NCBI RefSeq assembly: GCF_018977255.1
Contig: NW_024704743.1
Location: 30,568,001 to 30,632,000, forward strand
Length of the DNA stretch: 64,000 nt
Origin: Callorhinchus milii
Lineage: Eukaryota
Reading direction: 5' to 3'
The position numbers and the translations under genes were made by a program. Below the pieces are notes generated by a model that was not told the DNA's origin, ran no database searches, and worked only from the letters and a program-made list of their open reading frames with translations. Positions 25,629 through 38,080 of this stretch are shown here, piece by piece; positions within the stretch are counted from its first letter, which is position 1, and each line of letters opens with the position of its first letter.

Positions 25629-26139
25629 CACAAGTGTTACTTTGAGTTTTGGGTAAACCTGGGATTGCTGTTTCACATACATGCACTGCATTTTGTACCA
25701 CCAGAGGCTTCAATCCGATTTGAGTTGCTGAAAATTTGGGAAATAACCACTGAGAGTGCAATCCTTTCAATGACAAGGAAAAGAAAGGGCATATCCTAAA
25801 AAAATACAGGCATGAATTCATGATAACCTAATCTTCGGAATGTGACAATGGGTATAAAGTGTTTTACACATCTGATTGTGTGAATCTCTCGCCAGAATTG
25901 CATTACTGTCAGAGTACAATACTTTGTGATATGTCAGGTATCACTGTCAGGTGTCCCATGTCACATAGACAATCCTGAACTCTTCAAAAAGTGAAGTCAG
26001 TTCAATTCTGTTCACACTAGCCTTCCTCTATTACTTTTCAGTGCTTCCGCATGAAGGGCTCCATAGAAATGTAAGCTATTATTGTTCTCCCAAGTGGACA
26101 TTCTTCATGTGTGACCTGACATTGAATTTTGTTGGGAAG

Positions 26140-26632
26140 ATAATAATCCTTCCATTTGATATAACACCTTATGACATCATCGAAACGCTTCAAATCACTT
26201 ATTGGAATTTACTTTAAAGTATAGTCACTGTATACTATATGTGGGCGAGTGCAGCAGCCAACTTTCCCGCAACAATGTCCCACAAACAGCCATGGAGTGA
26301 ATGATCAATTTTATTTGTGTTCTGATGAAAGGTCATTGACCTACAACATTAACTAATTTTCCTCTCTCCAAGGATGCTACGTGTTTCCAGCGACTTCTGT
26401 GTTTATACAAGATTTGCAGCATCTGCAGTACTTTGCCTTTTATTTAGGGGATTGTTGGCCAGGACACCCAGGAGAAAGTTACTTCTCTTTTCAAGAAGTT
26501 CCACGGAATGCTAAATGTCTACCTGGACAGGACAGCACCTCCGACAATGCAGCACTTTCCAGCACTTAAGTCCAGATGCACAGCTTGAACTCACAACCTT
26601 CTGACTCAGAAGCTAGAGTGCCACCAACTGCA
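26140..26632 (-). mobile_element. Deu-domain SINE hosting a Penelope-like insert
   Basis: Tail at left, Deu remnants and tRNA-like head (cttgaactcacaaccttctgactcaga) at right. Confidence 0.85.
26317..26437 (+). mobile_element. Penelope-like short repeat with minimal hammerhead core (CTGATGA-stem II)
   Basis: GTT CTGATGA AAGGTC ATT GACCT ACAA CATTAAC; TTTTATTT duplicated at 26309-26316 and 26438-26445. Confidence 0.72.
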
Positions 26633-27519
26633 AGGATTACTGTATTATGTAGATAGATATATATATACAATTCCACACTTGTGCCAGGTGTCCTCCAGAA
26701 CAGTTTATTGTAAAAAGGCATCCTATCCATGGAAATGAAACCATGAAGACGTCAGACCTAAAATGCAATATCAGTGGCCAGCACTGTGTACCGGTCTCAA
26801 AGTGAGAGGAATAACCCACAGCATGAGGCCTTCATAGGGTAACAACAGGAATGCACCACTCTCATAACCAGCACTCTGCCTACATGCAAACAGACAATGC
26901 TTTCTTTGTTTTGCTCTACCTTGGCTGTGAGTCAAATAGATCAAAATTTAAAAGATATACAGCACGACCTTCCAAACTGTTCCAGCCTTTTCACAAACTT
27001 TAGTGTGCTTTCTTTGAATGTTGGCGCAATTTTTTTTAGGTGAGTGATTGAGTAATTAAATATCTGCAACATTTTTATAAGGGTGCACAAAAGCACTTTT
27101 TTCCTCTCTCAGAAACCTTCCTTTGTCCTGCGAGAATAAAGCATTTTTAAAAAGATTTGCCCTGTGTTTTGCTTTCTTTGAAGAGTCTGTACTCTAGGCA
27201 TGGAGGTTGAGCAATGCTTGAAATAGCCTCAGATTAGCCTCAAACACATTGCCATAGTAATAGAGTCTACATTATAAAAATGATCAAAGTGACCTTTCTA
27301 CTGCCAACTGTACGTTACTGACCTGAACGCTCTGGCCTCAACAAGAACTGTCATCTTTAACATTACTTTTGTCTACTTACAAAAAATGTCATGCTCAATG
27401 GTTTGACACCATGGGTGCAATAAAACTGCAAGTTATTTACCATCCTAAGAGGCCTACTGTCTACCTTAGCTACCTGTTTTAATGCCACTTCAATTTTCAT
27501 GGATTTCAAGATCTCACAT

Positions 27520-28300
27520 TCCCCTACAAATCACTTCAAGCCCTAGCACCTACCAACCTCTCCGATCTGATCACATCCTACTCCATTATGCTTCCCCTTC
27601 GCTTGGCTGGCTTGGGCCTTCTGCCTATTCCTCGACTCGCCCACTCCACCATTGGTAGTTGTGCCTTCAACCTCTACTCCTGGAATCTCTGAAACTTCAA
27701 TCACTCCACCTTGCCCACTCTTCAGATTGCACCTAAAGACTTTCCTCTTTGACATTGTCTGTGGTCATCTATTCTTCCTCCCCAACTTGGCATCAAACTG
27801 TGCTATTGTTCAGTGCTCTGAGATGCAATGAACAATAGTGCAGTTTGATCCTGCCTGGGAATCAAATTGAAATAGCCCCAAATTAGCCTCAAACACATTG
27901 CCATAGTAATAGAGTCTACATTGTAAAAATGATCAAAGTGCCCTTTACACTGCCAACTGTGATGTTACTGACCGGAGTCAGTAGCCTGTAAACCTGAGTC
28001 CCCCCTGCCCTCCACCCTCCCCCATCCCAATGCTCAGCTCAGGTCCGTAACTCTGTCTGTCCAGCACCTTGGGACGTCCTCCCGACGTGAAAGGTGTTAT
28101 ACAAATGTAATTTTGTTGTTGCTGTTGCAATTGGCTGCAGAGTTTTGCTCACAAAATACAGTCAATCCATTTTACAATATATTCTGTGAACTGCTTGGAG
28201 ATGTGTCAACAATGTGATAAGGCGCTATATCAAATGCAAGGATTATTATTATTATGCTACCCCATGTAAAGAGTGATAAATAAATGCAAGTTGTTGTTGC
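27520..28300 (+). mobile_element. Old L2 3' end split at ATGC (27823-26 / 28254-57) by a composite insert (fold-back, local copy, L2 tail, SINE 3' half)
   Basis: gtgctctgagATGC at 27813-26 continues as ATGCtaccccatgtaaagagtg...aatgcaagttgttgttg at 28254-28300. Confidence 0.75.
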
Positions 28301-28939
28301 TATAGTTACCCAAGAGGCCTAAGTCATCAACTTTAACATGATCGACTTGAGAGGTCTTCAGTCACTGATGTGACAACAGCCCAAGATCCATTGCAGTGCT
28401 GTGTGGACAGCAGCATGATTTAATAAGCAAACACAGTAACAGAGGCCAACTAACATTAGACATCAATAATAGCATGGATTGTGACAGTTACTCACTCTGT
28501 CCCCGCTAGGTTGATTGTCTCTTGGACAATTGTACAGGTGCTCAATGGCCGTTTACATTAGGCAAGGGTTTGCAACACATCCATTACCTTCAATTGCCTC
28601 CAGAGTAAAAACAAGCTTTAAAATGACATTGCCCCATAAACACAATTTATTCTTTGAATGATCGGAATCAAAGACCCTACTCCCTGAACATTGCTCATCT
28701 CCCTCATCGAATCCAATCCCCAGTTGTTTTAATTTTCCACTCGGAAACATGATTTCTTTCCGGTAAAGCTGGTTATTACTCTAGGTGACACTGATCTCAC
28801 GATGGTTGGCTTGCTCTGTAAATGGGATGATTGATGCGGTGGAAGTAGAACAATTGAAGCACTGACAAATCATGATCGTGAGTTAGAAAGTGGAAGAACG
28901 GCATGCACAAATAGAGTCAGATGTTGTGGATTTAAAGGC

Positions 28940-29300
28940 TGTGTCAAGACTTGAGCTCATAGTCTAGGTTAGCATTCCAGTACAGTGCTAAGGGAGCACT
29001 GCATAGCTAGAGGCGTCATATTCCAGAAGGGACATTAAGATGAGGTCCGATCTTCCTATTCATCAATTAGATATTGAAACTATTCCATGACAGTATTCAA
29101 AAAGAGATGGGAGGATTCTCCTATGATGCCGCCAATAATCCTCCAGATCAATTGTTCATTCACCTTGTGGCTGTTTATCATTACTTGCTTATTACATTTG
29201 GCTCCCATATTTTCCTAAATCAACAGTCACTGCACTTGACGGTTGAAGGATTCGAGACGTTTTGACATAATAACATGATAGAAAAATACAATTTCTTTCA
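28940..29300 (+). mobile_element. Deu-domain SINE, old
   Basis: gctaagggagcactgcatagctagaggcgtcat...ttaagatgaggtcc...; post-Deu region and tail remnants. Confidence 0.7.
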
Positions 29301-29615
29301 TCTGTCAGGAAAGGCATTTTTACAGCTGAAAAAAGCTGAATATTTATATGAAAGTGCAGAGAATGAATGCTGAAACAATTTGCCAATTTGAATTGGCTAA
29401 TATCACAATAAATGTCAGCTGTTTAAGGTAATATGAATTTTACTCCATTGCAGAATGTTCTGCACTTTACATACAATAAACGTACTCCTACATGTGCAGA
29501 ACTGATCATTTGCCTGTTTCTCATCCTAAAATGTTTTACTGTTTGTGCCAATAGTTGGCAGAAAGTGAAGGCACACTGAGGCGGGGGGATGGGGGTGCTT
29601 TTTGATAACTTTTTT

Positions 29616-29810
29616 TAATAATAATAATCCTTGCATTTGACATAGGGCCTTATCAAGTCATCGAGTTGCCTCAAAACACTTTCTAGGAAAAGTGATGTGA
29701 CTGTGAGTATTTTGTGGGTGAATGCAGCAGTCAATCTGTGCACAGTGAGTGGAGTGAGAGACTAATTTTATCTGGGGGAGTGTTGGCCTGGACACTGGGA
29801 GAACATTTTT
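29616..29810 (-). mobile_element. Deu-SINE 3' half
   Basis: taataataatccttgcatttga...ttttatctgggggagtgttggcctggacactggga. Confidence 0.8.
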
Positions 29811-29981
29811 ATGATTAAGTACGGAGGGGTCTGAGTTTCCATGCAATCCACCGGAGTGGATCTGCTTCAGATGATAGTGGAAGAAATTTGGCAGAGAAAT
29901 TGTGTCTAACTTGTGGAACAAAAGGAATCTAATATCTCTGCTGGTTTAACAGGGGGAATTGCATGAAAGTTCCCTAACAGC

Positions 29982-30110
29982 AACTGTGGTGGCTCAGATG
30001 GTAAATGCATTGCCCAATGTGGATCTGAGCCATACAGACAAGGGAATATCCCAGGTTTGATTCCAGAGGAAGGCAGGAAGCCAACCTGTTCCCAAGCCTG
30101 TTGCCAATGC
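29982..30110 (+). mobile_element. AmnSINE2-like 5' (tRNA-derived) head
   Basis: gtggctcagatggtaaatgcattgcc...ctgagccatacagac...cccaggtttgattcc. Confidence 0.65.
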
Positions 30111-31599
30111 TGTACTTGAACAGGCTGAAAGGAATCTTACAGCAACTTCCCAGGAGAAGTCAGTCAATTTCTACTCTGATGCGCGTTAGCTAGGCACCGC
30201 TGCACAGCAGTACGGCTGAGATGCAAGGAAATTCAACTGACTCTTAGATATTTGCAAGGATCCTTATATATTTTGTCTTACAATATAAGATGGTGCAGAT
30301 TTGTAGAAATTTGTGCCACTTCAGACTTAATCTGGAGGAAGGTTTGTTGCAGTTTATAAAAATTTCCACAATTTTTGCACAATTTTAAAATTCAAGACAC
30401 TAGAGTCTTTCAAGCAGCATAGAGAGACATTTTGTTTCATTCACTGTCATATCATCACCCTCGGTGATTCAAACTCCACTTGGAACATTTATACAAAATG
30501 ACACAGAGAGAAGACTTTTGTCTCAATTGGTTTTGGATTTAATTGAAGACCAGCTTCTAGCAGCAAAAGGAATAAGGTTCAATATATCATGACTATGCAA
30601 CAGAATTCCTTCATTTTGCTTCTGTTTTCTTAAAGTAGATTTTGAGATGAAAGCATGAGATTCACTGGTTGGATTTGGGTACCATCTCAATATCTGCATT
30701 GCATAGCTAATGCACACTCTCTTGACTTGATATAGGCCTTATTGCATGCATTTAAAAATACACATGCATGTGGTTTACAACACACAGCACAGTGACTAAT
30801 TGTATAAACACACAGTTTGAAGTATTATTGAAAGCCTAACGTTTTTTTAGGAACATTTCAATTAATACCATGTTTAATTTTCCGTTTAATAACATGTACA
30901 CAGTGACAGCAATAAAGGCGCTTGCAGCACAGTGAAATTTCCTTGCTAACAATTCTTCCTCATTAAAAGTCTTGGAAATGTAACTGCTCACCACATACCA
31001 CATTTACTGACACTGCAGAAAAAGGGAGAAAACGGATTATAACTATCGTGAAGGTTTAAAGGTCCAATTCATTTAGGATGGTTTAACTACATAAGTCAAA
31101 AGTCTTTTATCCATTCCAAAGAAATCCTATGAGACAGTTCACGTGCAAACAGAAATTCAGCAAGAGGGCTCTTTTAGCTACTTTTCATCTTCATGTATAA
31201 GCAATTTCATGAAGAGACAATTGTCTTCAGAAATTGTTCCTCACAGTACCTTTGGGTTCTGATATCCTCTTTCAAGAAAGCCACCATGTATTCCATTGCC
31301 CCCACTATGCTAGGCAAACCCACGTCTCCTATTAACCGCAGGATGCAGTATATAGTTTGGGACATGACATGTCAAGAGACTGCCAGAATGGTGGAAGGTG
31401 AACTAAATGGACCTTGATCTTCTTTCGTCTACAAATTCTTATGTTCTTATAACTGCTCATGTTCCCACTTGACGTGCAGAATGGCATTTGTCTCAGTTCA
31501 TTCTTGGAAGCAGAGGTGCTTGATGAAGTAGGCAATGGCATTAGGGTGTTTCGGGGGATCAAGGCTGTTCCCAACCAACTGCCTGGTGAAAGTTCTGGT

Positions 31600-31810
31600 G
31601 TTCTGAAACTCTGGAACACTCTTCCTCTATCCCTCTGCCTTGCCCCCTCTTTCCCCATCTTCATGTTGGGCTTAGTGACTTTCCCCTACGGCCGTGCCTA
31701 CAGTCACATCCCCCTTTCCCCGGCTCAGTGTTGTGCTCTGTCACAGTCAAGCACTCTGGGATTCTACCCAGAATGAGAGGCACTATATTAATGCGAGTTG
31801 TTGTTGTTGG
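31600..31810 (+). mobile_element. L2 3' end fragment
   Basis: ctctggaacactcttcct...gcactctggg...ggcactatattaatgcgagttgttgttgttg. Confidence 0.8.
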
Positions 31811-32667
31811 TGCTGACAAAGCCAGCGAGAATAGAGTACCTTCCTGGAGGCAAGCTGACATTTCTCGCTACATCACCTTCATCAACTAGGAGATGTTGTG
31901 GTAAAGTTATGCCCACTCCACAGATAATGCACGGCACAAGATAAGGTGTCACAACAAGAATTGCTATCTAATGCTTTGCAGCTATATGGTTCCAAACTTG
32001 GTGGAAGGAAATTCTGAAGGTGTGATTCTAACGCATCTGTAAGAAGAAAGCTAGAATAGTTACAAAGACTAGTTCAGCTAATCCTTCTGGCAATGTGGTA
32101 AAAGGCTGTCAACTCACTGACCATATACTTCAAAACTGTTCCCACTCCAAAAGAGCACGCTGCATTTACTTTATGCTTCATTCAACAACAACAACTTGTG
32201 TTTATATAGAAACTCCCCCCCCCCCCCCCCCCTCAAGCAGGGTAGCATCCCAGAATGCTTCAGCGCATTTCAACTCTCAAGGTCTACAATTTGTACCAAT
32301 TTGTACCAAGTAACAATGAAAACAATTGAAATTCATAGTTTTCTTATCAGTACAGTTTCTGGGTGAAGAAACTGACAAGCGTTTCAGATGTCAAAGGCTA
32401 CACAGTTCTTGTGGAATCTGTCTCTCCTGAAAGTGTGCATTGTGCATTGTCTGGCTCCGGCTGACATGAAAATGCAGCTTCGTTTGCACCTGGATACACA
32501 ACCTTGCAATAACACTGAAAAAAATAGTCAAAGGAACATTAGTCCAAATCAATATTTTCTTAATGGGATTAAAAGAACCCAAAAATGAAACCAGGTGTAT
32601 CGCTTTGTTGAAAATATGGAAATCACTGAGGAAGCTCAGTGAGACTGAGCAATCAATAATTACTATA

Positions 32668-32905
32668 TAGAATCATAGAATTATACAGCACAGAAGGAGG
32701 CCATTCTGCCCATCGTGTCTGTGCCTGCTCTTTGAAAAGAGCTATCCAAATTTATAAAGCCTAGTATCCCGTATTCTTTTTTAACAGCTTTATCTACCTG
32801 TCCTGCCACCTTCAAAGATTTACTCATATGAAGACTCATGTCTCTCTGTTTCTTCACCCCCTTTAAGATTCTACCATCAGCTTATATAGCGTCTCCTCAT
32901 TCTTG
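32668..32905 (-). mobile_element. CR1 3' end with internal deletion
   Basis: tagaatcatagaattatacagcacagaaggaggccattc...; matches 12567 copy with the middle missing. Confidence 0.9.
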
Positions 32906-34089
32906 TGCAATACAACAACAACAACTTGCATTTATATAGTGCCCCTCCCAGAGCACTTGAACACGACCACTTTTAAGAACATAACCACTTTTAAGATCAA
33001 TTCTGGCCAACAATCCTCAAGTTATTGGCCATTTAACTCACAGACACAGGCGGGGCTTTGCTGGTACAAAATGACTGCCTCATTTACCTACAAACTATTC
33101 ACTACACTTAATACTAATTATCTTTGAAGTGATAAAGAGCTATAAAATTGCATGTTCTTTGCCTCATTGCTCCTTACCGTCTCACACCGATATTTTCTTA
33201 ATGGAATTAAAAGAACCCACAATTGAAACCAGGTGAATCGCTTTGTTGAAAATATGGAAATCACTGAGGAAGCTCAGTGAGACTATTGAGGATGTTCAGG
33301 ATTCCCTGTAGCTTTTGCTGTGCATTGCCTTTGTGATTTTTTTCTTGCAGCGAAGTTCAAACAAAGTGCAGACTCAGCTGACAGTGTAACTCGTAAGGCA
33401 ACTCAGTGATGAACCCCAAGGTTCACTGTAACTGGTGATTAATACATGACAGGTTCACCTCTAGGGCACAGACAAGAGACAGTTACTTGAACTAGGTTGG
33501 GTTCAATTTGTCTATTGTACCACAAAACCGATGCAAAAAGATTGGTAGATTTTATTGCTCAATAAAACTGGCGGTAAAATGGGTACCAACTTGGATGACG
33601 TTTTGACTGAATTACGTCATGCTTGCAAAATGTTATTTTTATTATTTGCAGACCAGAAGCACAAACCTGTGTGCTTCAGAAGTTAATGCAGGTTTCTCCT
33701 CTCCAACAATTGTTTTATGCAGTGCTCGATCGGTATTATTTATAAGTGAGCATCACTAATTGAACGAGTTAGTTTGCCTTTCCCAACATTCATTCACAAA
33801 AATATACAGTCAATTCATTTCACAATATATTCTGCAAAGCGCTTTGAGACTTCTCAACCATAATGTAAGTCGCTATATCATATGCAAGGATTATTATTAT
33901 ATACTATTATTATTATTTCTGTTTTCTGAAATGTTCTACATGAGGGCTTGAGGTTGCAGTTGAGGTGGATTGTTAGTGCAAAAAAGGGTTCTATTTATCT
34001 TTCGCTTCACCTAGCCACATTGCAGTACTCCAAGACGCAACCTGCTTGATGGGTGCTTTATAAATCCACAAGTTGTCTTTGTTGCTGCA

Positions 34090-34420
34090 TTGAGCAATAC
34101 AGACCAAACATTTCCAGGTTTAACTTCTGACTTGTGCTGAGCTAGATGATCTAAGGTAGAGCAGCAGTAGAGACTGCTCCATTTAATGTCAGCGCCCTGT
34201 GGGAATGAGAGGAGAAATCGCAGCCAAGGTTTCTGGTCTCGATTGGTATCCAGCAATATCTGGTGGAAATCCGTGAGTGTGGATGCCAGGTGAGCCTAGG
34301 ATGAGCCTCAGCTGTGATGCCCACACACCCAACGTTGAATGGTCTGTTAACTAAACTTAACCCATGCATGAAGCAGTCCACGGAGCATGGACCAAACACC
34401 GGGGTGAGCTACCCAAGCAT
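34090..34420 (+). mobile_element. AmnSINE2-like ancient SINE, near full length
   Basis: atacagacc...ccaggttt...tgtgctgagctagatgatct...cagcgccctg...cagccaaggttt...tatccag...ctggtggaaa...gtgtggatgccaggtgag...cagctgtgatgccc. Confidence 0.7.
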
Positions 34421-35297
34421 AAATTAGAACAGAAGTAGTGAAAAATTAATTACAGTAGTCAGTGAATACAAAATTTGCCATTAACTTAGCAAATAGGGTC
34501 AAAATTGCAGCAATTTCAAAAAGGGTTTCCCATGTTACTCACACTAACTTTTATCAACTCCCTCTTTCAAAGTGAAACCCGTACATATCAGCATGATGCA
34601 TTTCTGCTTAAGGGAAGCTGTCTCCATTGGAATTCATTTAAGCTGAGGAATTTGGTTTGGAATCAATGCATTTTAGACCCCAATATTGGGGGCGGAAAGA
34701 CAGTTGACTTTAAGTCATCAGTTTATTCAACTAAAATAGATTGTTTCAATTCTGATGATCAGTAGGAAATAGAAACAGAGCAAGGCACATTGCCTCAAGC
34801 TGACTGCTATGTCGTTATGTCTTTCAGTTCGCTGTCAGCAACAGCTTTTCACCAATGCACTGGGGGCAAAACACCACAAGGCAAGTCAACACACAGACTC
34901 CACAAATCGATATATTGTTTTCAGTCTGTACTGTGACCTGGGCCTTAAGGTGACCACAATAATCCTATAATTCTGCAATATCTGTCCATTATATTTATAA
35001 TGCACCATCTTTACCTGCTGTAAACATTTCACATAATAAACTGCTAATTATTCCTCGGTAAGCACTTGCAATAATGACACCAACAACCGTTAATTGTTCA
35101 GTGTGAACATCATCGTTCATTAATTGGAGTTAAGATATCTGCCTGCAGATTCTTGTAAGCAGACTGGATGAGCCCAAACCCGGGGGCAACTGATGTGGCA
35201 AATTTGGCCACTTTAATAGATTTGTCTATCATGTTCTGCTGCGAAAGCTGTCATTGGAAAAGGTGAATAAAATTGTCCCATAAGAATCAATTGCAAC

Positions 35298-35640
35298 AAC
35301 AATAATAATAATAATCTTTGCAATTGATACAGTGCCTTATGTTGTCAAAATGTCTCAAAGCACTTCATCAGGATTTACTATAAAGTGTACGTTAAAACTG
35401 CAGTCAATTTGCTCACAAACAGTCATGAAGTGTATATTGAATTTTATTTGGGGAATTGTTGGCCAGGACACCAGGAGAAACTCCCTTCTCTTTTCAAATA
35501 GCTTCAAGGGATCTTTAGCGTCCACCTGAACAGACAGACGGGACCTCAATTTAACGTATCATCTGAGAGGAAAGAACTCTGACAATGCAGCCCTTTTCCA
35601 ACACTGGCACTGAAGTGTCAACCTAGGCAATGAGCCTAGA
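35298..35640 (-). mobile_element. Deu-domain SINE
   Basis: ggccaggacaccaggagaaactccc...gggatctttagcgtccacctgaacagacagacgggacctc. Confidence 0.88.
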
Positions 35641-35819
35641 CTAGTGCTGTTTAGGTTAATAAGAATGATGCTTTGGTGCAGGCACTCGGCAGCAATCTAT
35701 AAACTTAAACAACACAAATCACTTTTGCTCACATAGAGGCAACTGTATTCCTGAATGAGATTACAATTTAGAATTCCTCCCAGAGTTTAACTGCACAGTC
35801 CGTGACACTGTCATGACTC

Positions 35820-36155
35820 AGAGAGTATGTGGTGTGGCATTGAACAAAACTGACCAGGAGTGGCTCAGGACTAAAGTGTAGTTTGCTCTCACCTAGAGCA
35901 GTGGTGGTGAGCACAGAACTAGAGGACATCAGCATGCCTCAGCAAGAAATCAGACGACATTTCTCCTCACGACTTCTATCCAGCCCCTTCGAACAAGGAC
36001 TTGTCTATTCCTCTCTTTCCCTCCATCCCGCGTGCCTCATGGCTAAAACTCACAGTCTAGTCTCACAATAAGAAATGGCCATTGGAAAATATACCAGAAT
36101 TGCCAGGGTTGATGAAATCTTAAGGAGCGTATGCCACTGCCTTCAGGAGAGGGCT
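35820..36155 (+). mobile_element. AmnSINE2-like SINE, strongly decayed
   Basis: ggtgtggcattga...gaccagga; ctcaca..aagaaatggccattgg; 3' end ctgccttcaggagaggg. Confidence 0.5.
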
Positions 36156-37704
36156 GTAGAACATTTGGAGAAAAGATTATCTTTTGAGAAGCTTTATTTA
36201 TTGCGAAGGTAACCTTCCTTTTGAAGGTTTGAACCGCAGCACACTCCAACGCACTGCCTCCCTCTACAGTAAATGAGAACAGGGATGAGCGTGACTCTCA
36301 GGGCAATTGGCCCTTAAATAATGTTCCGAGACACACAAGCTCTACATTTAATGATGGCTGTTGCCCACTCTCTGGAAACATTCAGAGCACTTCCTTTCAA
36401 AGTACTTCCAGGAAATTCTGCCGATGCAAACCAGATGAGTGGCAATCCTCATACTCAGCCTTTTAGTTTTGCAAGCATCATATTCTGGCGTTAGCTGACT
36501 GACTTTAACGAGGCTAGTTGATGCTGGTGCCTGGCCAGCAGTTGATGCAATAAAAAGCTGCAGAAACAAAGTCGCCTTTTTCTCACTTTTAAGAGCAGAC
36601 CTTTTCTGTAAAAGTAACTCATGTATTTCAGCATAAACACAATTAGTTTAATTATACTGTTGGTTATTGACATGTATAGGGAGCCATGCCTCAAACCATT
36701 GCTTTGGAGGGGACCAGGGATTAAACAGGCTTTCTCCCAGAAATCCAGAACAAGGCAAGCAAAATTAATACTGTGAAGGTCTGTAAACCACCCTCAATGC
36801 CCAGCCTGGTTTGAGGAATGAAGAATTTCTTAAGATTTCAACTGCAAATGCTTGTATATTATTCAAAATGAAAGGCACAAGTACAATTAGTGGTGATTTT
36901 AACTTAAGAGCAAGTTTTCGGGATCCTAAAAATGTCGTCCTCCACATATTGAGGAGGTTAGAGACATTCAGAAAGAGCCAACTCAAAGATTATTCTGTGA
37001 AAACGCATCCATTCCATGATGCGAAAACCTTTCACAAGATATTCTTGCTTGTTTGTTTGTTCAAAATATTTTGAGAAATTGTGTGCAATCTTATGGCATC
37101 ACTGTATCAAATGCAAGGATGATGATTGTCTATTATTATTATAACACTGATCCCCAGCTCAATGTTATGGTGTGAATATATAATGACAATGCACACTTTT
37201 GCATCATTCCTAGTTAATGTTTGCAAATCATCTGTTGCTTCTGCCTCAAAATACACAGTCACTGCACATAACAGCAGTTAACTAGGAAGTGCTTTGAGAT
37301 CTTTATAGGTGCTATATCAAATGCAAGGATTAGGATTCAGTATTACTATTATAACATTGATCCGCAGCTCATGTAACACTGCACAGTTGGGCAGGTTGTG
37401 AATGAGATGCACAGGGAGTTTCGGAGCACCATAACTGATGGGAGGATGATTGCAAATGATTTCCAATTGTGTCATAAGCATCACCGATATAAACAACAAA
37501 GCACTGTGAACTAACAGCAGTGATCAGAGAACACATTAGCAATTCAAATCTACACTGACCTGCAACACTAACAACGAATTAACAACCACAAGATGAACAT
37601 AACAAGATTATCGAACACTATCAAAGGGTAAAATTTGCAACCTTTCCATTCTTTGTTCAATTAGTACCAGTGCAAAGTATGAAACGTTTTGAAATTTTTG
37701 CAGG

Positions 37705-38080
37705 TGATACAGTGCCTCAAAGTGCTTTACATGTAATTGCTGTGAAATAAAGACTGTGTATATGTAGGCAAATGCAGCAGCCAATATGCATACACCAATG
37801 TCCCACAAACAGCCATGAAATAAATGACCAATTTAAGGAGGGGTTGTTGGCCAGAATGATGTGAAAAAGCTCCCTTCTATTTTTGAATAGTGCTCTAGGA
37901 TCTTGAACATCCAGCTGAAAAGGCAGATGGGACCTTGATTTAAAGTTTCATCTGAAGAAAGGCGCCCTCAGCAATGCAGCATTCCCCTAGCACTTCACTA
38001 AGCTTGAATATCTGACTTTGGGCTTGAACCTACAACTTTATGACTCAGAGACAAGAGTGCTATCAACTAAGCCAGGCTGA
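37705..38080 (-). mobile_element. Deu-domain tRNA-derived SINE
   Basis: Post-Deu region, Deu core, head cttgaacctacaactttatgactcagagacaagagtgc. Confidence 0.85.

Noticed and set aside
28553..28750. Minus-strand ORF with donor-like GAAG|GTAATG (similar cases near 31250-31330 and 36210-36265)
   Set aside because: No recognisable protein and no consistent exon chain.
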